64,000 nt of DNA from Octopus vulgaris (GCA_951406725.2 OX597817.1:106640001-106704000); one strand, 5' to 3'. Shown: positions 28,264 to 43,985, numbered from the stretch's first letter. Notes: generated from the sequence alone by a model not told the origin. A program made the numbers and translations.

Positions 28264-31200
28264 TTGTATATGTATATATTTTTGTGTGTGTGTGCATGTA
28301 TATATATATATATATATATGATGGTGACGGTGTCACATTAAAAGCAGCCAGTAGACTATAGAGTGGTTTGAATTAGGAAGGGTATCCAGTTGTAGAAACT
28401 AAACTAAAACAGACTATGGAACCTGGTTCAGCCTCTGGCCTTGCCACTTCCTGTCAAGCCATCCAACCCATGCCAGCATGGAAAACGGATGTTATATGTT
28501 GTTGATGATGATTGTAATATGACAAAATTATTTTTCAGGAAGTATGTCCCCAATTTTCTGTGTTCTTATGAGTTAAATGATGATGAAAGAAGTGTACTTT
28601 ATTTTGACATTTGTCTTTTTTTAGTTGGCAATTTATTTATGTTTCCTTTTTCCTAAAAACATTTCCTAAAGTTCCTTTGAAAGAAAGAACGAAGAATATT
28701 TTGTTTCTTTACTTGCACTGAGTATTCTTTTCATTTGAGAAATTGTTGTAGAAATAATGCTAATTTTTAAAATCTAGTTATTAAAATTTTTTTTCTTTTC
28801 TGTGTGTTTTCCTCTTTTGTTGTGAAGTAGAAGAATTTCTTAAATCAGTGTTAACCAGGTTTGAAATTGCAGAGTAAAGCAGACCAGCATACAGCCAGTT
28901 AAATTGTATGAAAATAGATTGCCAGCAAAATGTTTAATGTTACTACATACTACTATTATCATAAAAACAGATACTATTGATGGATTGTGCTGTTATACTA
29001 GAAGAACCAAATGTTCAGTCCATATAGTATTACCATAATCATGCTTGTAAGCTTGATTTCTTTGAATTTGAGAAAGAGTCTTAATCTAACAGTTCAAAAA
29101 TTGAATCTATAACTCCTATCACAATAAGGACTTTTGCTAGAAAAACACAGGATTTAAAACTTGCTCATACATTTTGATAAACTTTTTATTCTTATGTTTG
29201 ATGAAATTGAATATCTTTTCATTTTAACAAAATATTGTCTGTATAATCTTAACAGACATTTCATTCCACTATAGCTACTCCCTTTGAAATTTATAATTAA
29301 AATCACTTTCATATGTCTTATTACTGTTCATGATAATCATTTATCTTGTAAAATTTCAAAAATATTTCCTAACGGGCTTGTTTAAAATTTTTTTAATGTT
29401 TTTCTTTCAAGCCAACAATAGTTAAATTTACTTTTGAAAAAGTTTTGTATAATAATAATTAGTAATTCAGAATGTCTTTTAAACTCAATTTTTGACAAAT
29501 TAACAAAATAATTAAATCATAGTACTTAAAAATTAACAATATGTGTAAATTAGTCAAATGAAAGTTGACTACAGAAATCTAAAAATTATCATCATTTTAA
29601 AATCCCTGCTTGCATGGGTTTGGATGGGTCTATTTTAACACAGTGTCTTGATATGCATCACATGTCTGTATCAGCACAGTCTTGTCTCTTGCATGCTATA
29701 TCTAATTCCCTTTACACTTATCTCTCTTTTTCTCTTATGCTGTATCATTTATGTACACTAACATTACACACCCAACAGAGCATGTTCACCTTATTTCTTT
29801 CCAGTCTTTTCACATTCTCTGCATTGAATATCTCTGTTTTACCTGAGTCCAAGCTTCGTTTTTACATTTTGAAATTTTTTCTCCGATTCTTCAACAAAAC
29901 TAGACCATTGGTATGCAGGCATTCTCATGGATAGCCAGTCTTAAATTCCTTTGTTATGACATAGAAAATAAGAGAGACTGAGAACTGAGGCCTGTGAACT
30001 CCTACCTGTATGCTAAATTCCTCAAAGAACCAATTCTCATCTTGTTAACAGTATCTTTATATATAATTTGCACAGCTCTCACAAGCCTTTCTTCTACACA
30101 GTCTTTTTTAGCAACCATCAGACAACAGAGCATGCTACCCTGTCAAAGACTTCCACCAGCTTACTTGTCTGACTATGAAGAAGGCAACAATAGTGCCATG
30201 TCTAGTTATGAACCCAAACCATATTTCATTTCATCTTAGTTCAGTCTCTTCCTCATCACTTGTGCTATTATCTTTCTGTCACTTTCATAACCTAGTCTCT
30301 CAATTTGTTGCCTCTATAGTTACCTTTTTTTCTGAAGCATTTGTGAGGACTTTGTACTACTTGATTAACCATGCAATCTCACTGACTATCCATTACGGTT
30401 TCCATTTTTCCATGTCCTTAATTCCACTTTTGATTATATATTTGTTAGCGTCAAAGCTGGTCCCTCTCCACCTTCAAGGCAACTGTGTAATCATGCTGTA
30501 TGCACATTTACCCCAACAACTTCTTGATTCACACAGACATGCTGCTTTGGCATTGAAAGCAATGATGTCTCTGATCTTGTCTCAGAACATTAACGAACCT
30601 CTTACTTTCTGTTACTCTACTTGCTAAAGATAACTGATGTTTAGTTTCTTTACTTGTTACCTGATATTGTTTCTTGCGCTCCTTATCCTTCTTTCAATCT
30701 TTTCAGATCCTACCATCAAGTCACTTTCTTTCTGAATGGAACCTTGTTTTATCCAATCTGCTCTGAGATTCACAGCAGGTTGTTTTGAAGAAACTCCCTT
30801 TTGTCATCATAATTCTCTGCCTCTATCCCCTTCTCATCATCCACACCAATTAGTATTTCTTTGCATCTACATCTTTCAACTTCCATATCTTCTCCAAGTT
30901 GTCCTGTATCACTGAGTCTGTCTAGCACTGAGCCCAAGATCACTTATCACTTGTTCTTGTTGAGTAGCACATTCTTCACCAGGAAAGGATTTAGTATTCA
31001 CAGCTAATTGTCTTTCACACCCTCTAATGACTTTAGTCTACCTGGTTTTCATATTTGACTTATTGGTAAGTTATCAGATGACACTGTCAGTTTTTTGAGG
31101 TTGCTGTCATTTGTTACTAAGGTAGTTTGCAAGAGAAACTTGTTGAAACGGTCCTTTTACTGGTCTGTCAGTCCTGATTGTGGTGCATATGGAGGGTAAT

Positions 31201-34200
31201 TGTTTTGCTGTCATGTTATCTATGTTGTGTCTAAGCTTAATTATTCTACTACATACTTTGATTACTTCAATGACTTCAATTTCTCTACCAGTAATATGCC
31301 TACACCACCCACTTCAATGTCTTTTCCTTCCCAGAAGAATTTATACCACTATTCTTTGGTCAAATGCCAGGAAGGGCATCTGGCCATAGAAAATCTATAG
31401 ACACTTTTTTCACACTGGAAAAGTGAGTGTTAAAATGATGATGTTCCTTGCCTTTGAGAGATCTGTCTGAAGTATCTTTCCATTTTTTTTTTTTTTCTGA
31501 AGTTTTGTACCTGATAGGAAGAAGGGAGTTTCTAATGGAGGATAGGTAGTTTGATGTCTGCTGCTTCTCTCCTAAAACTTAAATATAGGGAAAATGGTTT
31601 TTTTGTACAAAAAATCTTAACAATTGCAGTTATAGTATTAATTTATTGTATTCATTATGAATATTCTGATGGCTTACTACAGAAATTTTAAATGATATAC
31701 AATGTCAGTAGTTAATCTGTATATGATATTGTCTCCTGAAAAGCTGCTTAATTAGCAATAGTTGTAGAGCAGTTGATTTATAGTAAAATCAACAATGTAT
31801 ATTTGAGTTTTGTTTCAAAATTGTTTGCATATAATGTCTCTTTTAACATTAAATCATTCAATTATAAATTGGGTTTTTTTAGTTAAACTTTTTCATTTCA
31901 TTTCTCTAATTTTATTTTATTAAAAAAGGGAAATATCATTCAAATTTGTATCAACACTAAAATGTAAATACTAATAAATCATTCTGACATTTTCTTTTAT
32001 TGTGTATTTTTTAGTGTTTTTTTTTCTTTCAAATATGACATTTGCATTGAGAAATATTTTTACTCTAATATATTGTGAATGCTTTTTTTCCGTTTCAATT
32101 CATTGTATATCATTTAAAAAAAAATTTTTTTCAATTCCAATACTGCCATATTTTGAAATATCTTTAATTAATTGCAGTACATGTTACACTATCTTTGTTA
32201 TTTATTGGATCTAAAAATTACTCTCGGTGTATTCTTTTTTTTTTTGTTAATATAAAAGTCTTATTTATTTAAAAATTAGTTATATCTTATTCTTTTTCTT
32301 TTGTAAAAATTCACAATATTTGAAAGTTGTGATCTATAAGATAAACAAATTAATTTTCTTAATCATTAAAATGAAGTGGGGAAAATATTTATAACTTTTA
32401 TAAGGAAAAGATAAAACAATTCATTCATATGGTAATATGTTTATAGATAAGTAGTTACATACAAATTATGTTACTATACCAAGTAAAGTTACATGAAGAC
32501 TTTTTTTATATTTCATTAAGGCATTTAATATTTTTAAATTGAAACATTGTATTACTTGTATAAAATTATTCTTAATTAATTTTTGTTATATTTTAGAAAC
32601 TGGCTGAATTATCTGAAGTCCTTCAACATCGAGAGAATAAGCTTGTTCAGCTGAGCCGAGAAAATAATGATCTTTTAGAAACAAACAGTATACTTCGGAA
32701 GTAAGTCTCTGATTAGACTAATGCGTTTAGAACTGTAGAAACCCTGGAATTTATGCATAAATATTATTTTGTTTATATATGTTTTCTAATTTATAATTAT
32801 TGAATTAATTACCTATTGAACAGAAACAAGACTTAACCCTTTAGCATTCAGATTACTCTGTCAAATGTGATGGTTATTTATTTACAATATGTTGGACTAA
32901 TCATGGCTTATTTCATAGATTTGAGGTTTCAGTGATGTGATTGTTTATTTTTAGAATGACATTGCGGCATAAGTGTGAAAGGCTGGTTCTAGTCAGTTTT
33001 AACATAAAAGAGATAGAATATTTGGACTTTGTATAACTGCTTTAAATGCCAAAGAGTTATATAATCAATGACAACTAGATGTGAAAAGTAAAATTAATGA
33101 ATGTCTCATTTTAGCCAATTACAGCAGTCTGAAGAGATTCGGGAAACAGAACAAGCTGATATCCATATTCTCACAGAAGAGTTTACAGAACGGTTAGCAG
33201 AATCCGAAAAGAAAGTACAGACTGTGCTCAGAGTATGTTCGCCCTTTTTTTTTGTTTTACTTTAAAGAAAATTCCAGATCTAGTTTTTCTTTCTAAATCC
33301 TGTCTTTGTAACTTGTGATTATTCTGATTTTAGGAGAAAGAGAGTTTGAAGAAACAGCTACAGAAAACTATTGAAGAAAACACTCAAAAGTAAGGAAATT
33401 TGATGATGTTATCTTTTACTTATTTCATTCATTGGATTGCAGCTATGCTGGGGTATCACCTTGAAAGGTTTAGTCAAACAAATTAAACCCGAGTATTCAT
33501 TTTTTAAAAATTTTGAGCCCGGTACTTATTCTATCAATCTCTTTTTGCCAAACTGCTTAAGTTACAGGAGATGGAAACAAACCACACCAGTTAAATGGTG
33601 GTGGTGGTGGTGGGAACAAACACACACACACACATGACAGGCTTCTTCCCATTACTGTATATCAGATCCACTCACAAGGCTTTGCCTGTCCAAGATTAAT
33701 AGCAGTAGATACTTACCCAAGGTGCCATGCAAGGAAACTGAACCCAGGACCTTACCACACAGCCATGCCTACTTCCATAGAAAACACTAGCTCAAGGTGC
33801 AACATAGCAGGACTGAGCCTGGAGCCATGTGATTGAGAAGCAAACATCTTACCAAACAGTCATGCCTGATATAACACATATATTTAGTTACTTGTTTTAT
33901 TTCATATATTATTTCGTAATATAATATTATAAAGCACCACAAAGCTTTATCATAAACATGCAACCTGGTTACTGATATGGTTCCTCTTCATCAATTTCTG
34001 ACACTGATATAGTGTCAATGAGTAATTTATAGATGTATAGTGGACAGTTTTGATGCTTAAAAACAGTGGTTCTCAACCAGGGTCCATATGGTCTTTAGGG
34101 GTCCATAAATTTTGTTGTTAAAATTTATCTGCAGGCATGGCTGTGTGGTAAGAAGCTTGCTTCCCAACCACATGGGTACAGGTTCTGTTCCACTGTGCAG

Positions 34201-34291
34201 CACCTTCGGCAAGTGTCTTCAGCTATAGCTTCAGACTGACCAAAGCCTTGTGAGTGGATTTGGTAGACAGAAACTGAAAGAAGCCCATTGC

Positions 34292-34331
<40 letters not shown>

Positions 34332-34999
34332 GTATGTGTCTGTGTTTGTCCCTGCCACCATTGCTTGACAACTGATGTTGGTGCATTTATGCCCCCATAA
34401 CTTAGCAGTTCAGCAAAAGAGACTGATAGAATAAGTACTAGGCTTACAAAGAATAAGTCCTGGAGTCAATTTCTTCAACTAAGAAAATCGTTTAAGGCAG
34501 CATGGTCGCAGTCAAATGACTGAAACAAGTAAAAGAATAAAAGAATAAATTGCTTATACTTTTATAATGCACAAAGTATTTTAACAATTTTTTTTAAACA
34601 TTGAATGGCTAGGAGGGTCCATCTGAGTAAAATAGAAATTAAAGGGATCTAGGTAAAAAAATGGTTGAGAAACATTTCTTTAAAGTATAAAATATAAAAT
34701 TAAAATAAAAGTGAATATAACAGGTTTTCATCATCATTATCATTATCATTTTAACTGCCCCAGCGAATTCAGATAGAATTCACTGAGGCAGACTTTCTAC
34801 AGCCAAATGTCCATTCTGTCACCAACCCTCATTTGTTTCCAAGCAAGGTAATGTTCTCTCATGACTGAACTGGTTCTCGTATAAGGTTGGGAAATAATGA
34901 TGCTGGTTGTATAACTGACACTCATTTACAACTGTCATGCATTGTCAAGATGTGAAGGCATATCTCTCTCTCTCTGTCTCTCACATGCTCACTCACACA

Positions 35000-35055
<56 letters not shown>

Positions 35056-38000
35056 GGGATTCTTGTGTTATTGTCCATCAAATCCCCTCAAAGTCTTTGG
35101 TCATCCCAGGACTATAGTAGAAGACACCTACCACACAGAGTGAGACTGAACCTGAAACTATGCTATTAGGAATCAAACTTCTTAAACCACAAAACCATGC
35201 ATGCACATAGTCATGTGTAGTGTGCACATGTATTTTTTAATGGCTGTTGTGACACTTCCAGGATATAATTGTCTTAATTTCTCAATTTCAACACATTTGA
35301 TCTCTGATCAATCACTAGCCAAACAAAATGAACTTTGAAAGAAATGTAATTTTATCTCAAGTATGTTAACTCTAATAATAAGTGATCAATCAATGTTTGT
35401 GTTATTCCTTATATTTTCAGCAAATCATTGGACTCTTCATATAAAGATATTCTGGAAGAAAAAGAAAATCAAATAGCTGAGCTTTTGCAGGAAGGTAAAT
35501 ACTATTGTTTAATAAGAAAATCCAGTAAACAGGTTTTATTCTGTGTATGCAATAACACTTGAAAATTTTAATTATGGTTTGAGTCTATTAATTAAAGTGT
35601 CTGATAATCTTAGTGTGTTTAAAATTCATAACTGTTAAATCCCAATGGGCCATGATTTGTAATGAAAATACAAGAGAATAATGCTGGTACAATTTTGGTG
35701 CATAAAACTATAGAATAAAAACCAAAAGAAAAACATCATCTGACCCATTTAGTATGCAATGCAAAGATGTCCTTTTGCAAAATCTATGACACACTAAAGA
35801 ACAAATGGATTGAAGTTGTAAAAGACAAGCTAAGAACACATAACATTCCTCCTCTCCAGTGATTTAACTCTTTAGAATTCAGATTACTCTGTCAAATGTA
35901 ATGCTTATTGTCTAACATTGTTTTGAATTAATCATGCATTATCTCATAGCTTTAAGATTCCAATGATGTGATTGTTTATTTTTAGAATGACATTGTAGGA
36001 TAGGTGTGATAGGCAGAATCTGGCTGGTTTGAACATAAAATAGGTCAAATATTTGAGCTGGATATGGCTGGTTTAAATGCTAAAGGATTAAGCTTGTACT
36101 GGACAGGCAGTCTCTTTCCCCTATGATGCTACACATAATAAATAGACTGGAAAATGAGGGAAGAATCATTTTTTCTACTTGACTAAATGATAGTTTATTC
36201 AAGCAATAATGACAATTCCATATTACTTTAATGTTTTCAGGTGAGAAATTGTCGAAACAACAACTTCAGAGTAATAACATTATTAAAAAATTACGAACAA
36301 AAGAAAAAGAAAATGATTCTCTCATTGCTTCACAAAAGTAAGTTTTTTTTAAAACTATATCTATATCTTGTGTGTACACTTAGATATCTGACTATTACAG
36401 TTGAGTTTGGAGCTGCACATAGATTATCATCATCCAGTATAGTGCTTAGGTTACTGTTATACTTAGTAATATTATTGGTGGCAATATACATAGCAAATGT
36501 AGGAGATATTATGATCAACACAAATATGTATCCATTTACTGTATAATAATAATGAAGGAACCACAATATTTGATGTTCCATGTACAATTGAATGCTTAAC
36601 AACAACAGATCATCAGGGTAACACTTTATTGCATTACATTACAGAGTACATGTGATCATATGATCTCAATAGGAAAACATGTAGGCAACAAATGATATAA
36701 ACTTGTGATTATCATAATTCCTACTTTATTTATAAAATCAATCTCTTTGAAACCATTTTAGTAATGTCCATTATCATCATCATCATTTAATGGCTGTTTC
36801 CCATGGGTTGGATGACTTCACTGGAGCTGGTAAGCCCAGGGGCTGCACCAGGCTGTATTGTCTGTTTCGGCATGGTTTCTATGGCTGGATGCCTTTCCTA
36901 ATACCAGCCACTCCACAGAGTGTACTGGGTGCTTTTTACAACACACTAGTACCAATGCTTTTAACATGGCATTAGCATCAGTGCTTTTTATGTGGCATCT
37001 GACCTTCTTGCTGGCAGCAATTCCTTTGATAAAATACACTAGTGTAGATGGAATGCATATAATTTTACTTTTACAGTTAACATTTTGTGTTTAGCGTCAC
37101 AGTGTCAACTTGGTTGTGAATTCAAGCTTTGCTTTTTGTTGCCATTGAATTGTGACAGTTGAGGAAAGAATCACATAAACACGGATTGAATGGTTCTTTA
37201 AATTTGAAGAATATCTTTCTAATTTTTTTTTCGAATAGAGATGTGTTTTATAGCTAGATTCACTTTATACAAACTATTCAATAACTCATGAAATCTTATC
37301 TGTTTATAATATGTTTGGGTATAGTAAAGAAAAACAGGTATATCCATTACATTGTGTTACAAAGTTAAATTTTTTTTTTGTCTTTGGTCACTAAGTGTTA
37401 TTTCCTATTTGCTTCTATCTAGAAATCAAAGGAAATAACTACTATTCTCTTCAAACTTTGCTTTTGTGACCTGGACATCAATGTTTTGAAACTGAACTAT
37501 TTTCCATTACATTTCAGACAGATTCACTGCTGAGTTGCTTAAGTAGAAATATCATTATAGCAAATATTCTGCTCAATACCACAGATTTACTTGTCAGTTG
37601 CTTGACCATAACTACTTGAGCATGGCCCTTGGTGGCTAACAATATATGATAACGAGCAGAAGTAGTAGAGGAGCATCATAGCTGTGTGTTGAGAGGGACT
37701 CTTGGAGGTTTGAATAAATGTAAACAAAAGCAAAGTTAGCCATTTTTCATACTTTCTAGGGGTGAGCAAATAGGAAATAACAGTGGCTACCAGAGGGCAA
37801 AAATCATGTTACTCAATTAAGCAAGGAATATTATTCTGAGAGATTAGTCAAGGTATACTACTTAAAACTATTAGGCAAAGAACTTGCTACTAGCCACATT
37901 TATTGCAATGCTTGCTACAGACAGTAACTGTTTCTGAAGTAAGGAACATACTCTAACTGTTTAGTATCAGCTGGACATAAACAAGATTATCATGAAGAAA

Positions 38001-41000
38001 TCTTGTAAAGAGACTATTTACAACTAGGAGAGTAATTTACTATTAATGTGAATAGGCTAGATTGAGAAAGCTTACCCAATATATTTGCTGGTAATGAAAA
38101 ATGAATATAAAGATATTGGTTACTGAACTGGACTATCTCCAGAAGGATAAAAGGCAAACTTAGCCTCAACTACATTTGAACTAAGAATGGAAAGAGTCAT
38201 TATAAAGAGAAAAATATTAAGGTCTTTATATTTCTTTTTTGCTGAATTTTGGAAAGATTTGAGACTGTTTGTTATTTGCTGAATTTTTTCAGGGCAGTAG
38301 ATTGGAGGAAATGTTGAAGCATTTATTCCAGCTCTTAGCTTTCTGAATTCAAATTCCACTGAGATCAATTTTGCCTTTTCATCCTTCTGAAGTCAATAAA
38401 ATAAAAGTACCAGTCAAGTATAACTAATTTCTCCTCCCCATGTAATATTGTGGTTTTGCGTTTATGTAAGGATTATTATTGCATTTTTGTTTATTTTGTT
38501 GATGTAAATGTTGCAGTTGATAAAGCATTTCTTTAACAATTCTATTTTTAGGAAAAAACTTGAAGAATTAAAAACTGAATCAGATGATTTAAAGGCAGTT
38601 TTGGATTCTAATGAAGACACTGGAAAGAAACAGTCAGGTATGTCTTTCAGTAATAGGAACGATACTAATAGAGTGTTTGTGAATTCTTTCAAAACTGAGT
38701 AATTTTAGGGACTATTAAAACCAGTTGAGAAGAAATGAGATTAAACTTTTCAAATGTTATTTCTGACAACATTTATTTTAATTGTTGATAGTTATTTATT
38801 ATGTGGTAAATTATCGCATTTGTGATTTCTTGTACTGTTTATTTTCAATTGCTTATTGAGAGATTTAATATATACATAGATGATGATGATGGTTAAAACA
38901 AGATACTTTCCTTCACAACCTTGCTACCAAGTAGGTGGCTGGTCAAAATTTACTCTAAATTAAAAAGAGAAAGAGAACAATATGCATGCATGTATGCATA
39001 GGCACATATGCATGCATGCATTATTCCAAATGTTGACTGGTTGTTTGTATGTATATTTGAGTTACCATTATTTGATAAAAATATGCAAGATTATTTACCA
39101 GTAAATGTGGTGAATCATTTGAAGTATTTTTTTAAAATTAGAAATGAGTAAACATTAAATGGTTCAGTCATCATCAAATAAGTATGTGGTGGTGGTGGTG
39201 GTAGCGGCAGCAGCAAAAGCTATATGTATGGATGCACATTAAAAAAATATATAAAATATAAAGACAGATTTTTTTTAGATAGTGAATTTATGCAAATATA
39301 CTATAAAGCTGTATTTTTCTGAATATTAATATTTTTTTTACATGTGTTTGTTTTTCTTAGAAACTATTTCTAAACTGAATTCTGCATTAGTGAAGCAAGA
39401 GAAAGAAGTAACGAAATTAAAGGTAAATTGATTATTCAAACGGAAATATTGATAGAGGACATGCTACAATATGGACAGTATACTTAAGTGTACATCGCTA
39501 CTGATTGTAAATTTTACTGTATCCCAACACTGTCTGTACATTTCATTTTACACCAACACTAACAATACACTTTATTGTACATCAGTACTTCAGTACACTT
39601 TTAGGTACATTTTCACTGATTGTATATCATTCATCAAAACTTACAGTACACTTTTAGGTAAACTAGTACTGAAAGTATACTTTTACTGTACACCAATACA
39701 GAATGTACATTTTCTGTGTGTTAACACTGACACTTTACATCAGTACTGATAGTAAACTTCAATGTATATTAACACTACAGTATACTTTTATGTATACCAA
39801 CATTGACAGAACATTTTACTATCTGTTATGTTAACTATTAAGTTGTAAAATTTATGTTATATTTTAGACTGACTTGGATGAGAGCCAAGAGAAAGTTCGA
39901 GGCTTACAAGTTGCTTTAGACAACTCATATAAGTAAGTTTAGTAAATATTATCACTGCCTTTTTTTCATTTCTAACCTGTTTAATTTTGCAGTGTTTCAC
40001 TAAGTTTATTCAATCTTCCTAGGGAAATTGCTGAACTCAACAAAACCAATGCTGCTCGTGATAGCAAAGTCCAGGAAGCTGTACTCAGTGCAGAACTTCA
40101 AGTCCGAGAAGAGTTCAATTACTCCATGGAAAAAGATCGTCAGAAGGCTAGACTTGAAAAAGAGTCTTTTATATGTCAAGTAAGAAAAGAATTTTTATGT
40201 GCAATTTATTATATATATATTGGTCAAATAGACTCAAGTACTTTGTCTGGTACTTGTTAAGCTCTCATTTTATTGACTGGTTAATTCCTCTTTATTGTAA
40301 AGAGAAGTAACATACATAAATAAATACCATGCAGTATTTTCGCTCAGTGCACCTATTTAACAGCAATCTGTTGATATGTAGGTGTGTGCATATGAATGAT
40401 CCAAGGACCCAAGTGTAGGAAGTGGGTAAGCTTCAAGCAGTGAGTGGCTGATATAGAGAACAAAAAGAGGACAGTATATGATAAGAAACAATAACAATTT
40501 ATTGGGATGAAGAGTTACACAGTTTTTTTTTTCCATCAAAGTTGCTAAGAGACATATATAGCTTGCATTTTTATTTGTTCCACTCCTTCAGTTCATGTAT
40601 GTGGATATATCATCATCATCAAACGTCTGTTGTCTATGCTGGCATAGGTCAGACGGTTTGATCAGGGCTGGCAAACTCGAAGGTTGCACCAGACTCTAGT
40701 CTGATTTGGCATGGTTTCTACTAATGGCTTTCATTATTCTGGAACTGATAGACTTAAGTAACCAGTCATGTACTAGGGTTCATTTAATCACCTGTACTCT
40801 ACATCAAAATTTAGAGCTTATGCCAATCTTAGCTATCAATTATCTACATGTAAGTAAAAGTACAATCTCATATTTATTTTCTGAGTCACACCTGGCTGAT
40901 TTTATTACAATTCAAGACTGTAAGAGTAAGAAGTTCGTAAATAAGTATGCCATTCTTTGAAAATATTTAAACATTGTAGAAACACTGCCACATCTGACTG

Positions 41001-42772
41001 GCCTGGTGCAGCCTTCGGGCTTCCCAGACCCCAGTTGAACCGTCCAACCCATGCTAGCATGGAAAGCGGACGTTAAACGATGATGATGATGATGATGTGA
41101 CCTATATTTTGAGGGAGTAGATAAAACTGACATATTTTTATCAAAACAGATTTTCTACAGATGGATGACCTTTCTGTCACACACACACACACACACAGTT
41201 TACTGTTCCGTGAAGGCACATGGCTCAGTGGTTAGTGGATCAGGCTCACAGTCATGAGGTAGTGAGTTCAATTCCCAGACCAGGCTGTGTGTTGTGTTCT
41301 TGAGCAAGACACTTTATTTCACATTGTTCCAGTTCACTCAGCTGTAGAAATGAGTTGCGATGTTACTGGTGCCAAGTTGTATTGGTGTCTGCCTTTCCCT
41401 TGGGTAACATTAGTGGCATGGAGAGGGTATGCGTGGGTGACTGCTGGTCTTTCATAAACAACCTTCCTGGACTTGTGCCTTGAAGGAGAACTCTCAAGGT
41501 GCAATCCCACGGTCATTCATGACCAAACAGGATCTTTACCCTTTTTACTGTTCTGTTATGGTTGCTGTTTAGGAAGGGCATCCAGCTGTAATAACCCAAT
41601 CAGACACTGTAGCCTGATGTACTCTACTACCTGGTCGGCTGCTGTCAAACCATCCAACCCATGCCAGCATGGAAAACGGACATTAAATGATGAATGAGGA
41701 TGATGATGTATTAAAATAAAAGCCACTGATAGTTTCTTGCCATTAAGACATGGTTAGGCTTGCTTTTATAAAACGCCTTGTACCTCCAAGTAATTCACCC
41801 TTTGTCTTCTCATTCTACTTTTCACATCATCCTTCTTGTTTTCTCTCATGGTTTCTCATATGTCAGCATCCTGATTTTCAAAGAGAACAAAACTTGTGTT
41901 CAGATCCTAAAGATTGTTTGGAGACACAAGGCACATTATAAAAACTGCCTAACACATGTTGTAAGGGCAAGAAGCCATCAGTATCTCTTATTTTAATATA
42001 CTGTACATTAATTGATGTTAGGAAGGGCATCCAGCCATAAAAACTGTGCCAAAACAGAAACAGAAGTCTGGTGCAATCTTCTGCCTAGCCAGCTCCTGTC
42101 AAACCATCCAACCCATGCTAGCATGGAAGGTGGATGTTAAACGATGATGATGATGATATAAGGTGCGGGTATGGCTCACTTCACAACCACATTTCTTTTT
42201 ATGTTCAGTTCCAGTCCATGACATACTATAGCCCTGGGCCAACCAAAGCCTTGTGAATGGACTTGGTAGTCAGGAACTGAAAGAAGCCCATCTTGTGTGT
42301 GTGTGTGTGTATGCTGTCTTGACATAGTGCCCTAATTGTAAACAAGTGCCATCATTGCACAGTAGTGCCTTTCATTTCCAGTCCTATGTATAAACATGTC
42401 CAGCTATAAGGAAAGATTACCTTGCTTGATGATAGGGTGATGGGTGGTGGTAGAAAGGGTCTCTGGCCACAGAAAATGAATTCTGTCTAACCCATGCAAG
42501 CATGTAGAAGTGGTGATGATGATGATGTGTATTTATATGTACACACACATGCATTTATAAATGTATGTGTGTGTATATTGGTAATGCTTTTTCCAATATA
42601 TATAGCAATAAATGTACTTCTTTTTCCAAATAAATTGCACTTCGTATTGAAGGCACCAATGAAGCTTATAAGGTGTTACTCAGGCACCCAACTATGAGTC
42701 CACTGCATCTTACAGCAGAGACAGCTGTAATCTAATGAAGTTCATAAGATAATCATTTATTCCTTTGTCATC

Positions 42773-42844
<72 letters not shown>

Positions 42845-43904
42845 TGTCTGTCTGTCTGTGTGTTGAGTTTCTACCAAATTTTCATAGCCATTGTACTTGG
42901 AAGACACTCAAAAGATGCTACTTACTGCAGTACACTTTTAAACAATCAACTAATGTGGATTATATTTATAGCTGTTTTAATATTTAATATATTTTTTAAC
43001 TTACTAACACTATCATTAATATATTTTGATGTATCAATGGTTTGAGCTCTTATCCTCCTTATAACTTAATTCTTAGAAATAAAGAATTTCATTACTGAGT
43101 AGGCCATGATCCTCCCATCTTATTTGGAGACTAAATCTTATTTTCGGACTATATTGTCTTCTATGTCCTTCCTTGACAGTAGTGTTTGATTTGACTGTTG
43201 TTTCTAGCAGTTATAGCTACCACATATAGGCTCCTTCCCTGATTCATTTTAATTGTAGTTCCAAGAGGTCAAAGTTACATACTCAATTAAAGGATTGCAG
43301 ATCCTTCCCAAGCCATAGATTCATGAGGCCATTTTCCTAGATTCTGTGACATATATATTCTCTCCCTTGATGGGACGCTGGTTTGTCACAGGAATACTCA
43401 TTTTTGCCAGCTGAGTGAACAGGCGCTACCTGAAATGAAGTGTTTTGCTCAAGAACACAACACATTGTCTAGTCCTGGGATTGAAACCATAACCTTATGA
43501 TCATGAATACTGCAATGAATTTAATCAACTTTTTCTCTACTCCTACACAGATATGCATTGTAACACTCATTCATTAAAGCTGCAGTTCCTACAATTTAAG
43601 TTAATTCACTGTTTCAGCTAAACATCATGACATCCTCTGGCTCCAAGCTCACAGCATTGCCGTAATGCAGAGGAGAGAAAAGTCAATAAATACAGGAGCC
43701 TGGTTGGCTGCTACTCGTTTGTTCTGGTTGCCATCAAGGCATCAGGTGTTCTAGGAACCTGTGCTACTGATTTCCTCCACAAAATAGCGATAAAGGTTGC
43801 CCCTCAGAGAAATAAACCCTGAGTGGTAGAGTGGCTACTGCAGTGAGTGTCACAGGCCATTGCAGTCATTATCACAGAGTATGGCTGACCACCTTAGTTG
43901 TTAA

Positions 43905-43985
<81 letters not shown>

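Larger units (their letters stand above)
25510..28320. repeat. Large compound (TA)n/(TG)n microsatellite field with embedded elements
   Basis: Directly visible; source of the YIYIY/CVCVC ORFs. Confidence 0.95.

Noticed and set aside
25183-28361. Many 90-217 aa ORFs (YIYIYI / CVCVCV)
   Set aside because: Translations of (TA)n/(TG)n microsatellites; no coding signal.
28830-29160. Possible extra exon in non-repeat sequence
   Set aside because: All frames on both strands stop quickly, and the TMF1 frame is complete without it.
29600-31400. Short ORFs of 66-150 aa in a slightly GC-richer block
   Set aside because: No recognisable motifs; likely a very old antisense LINE (RTE-like) remnant that I cannot classify with confidence.
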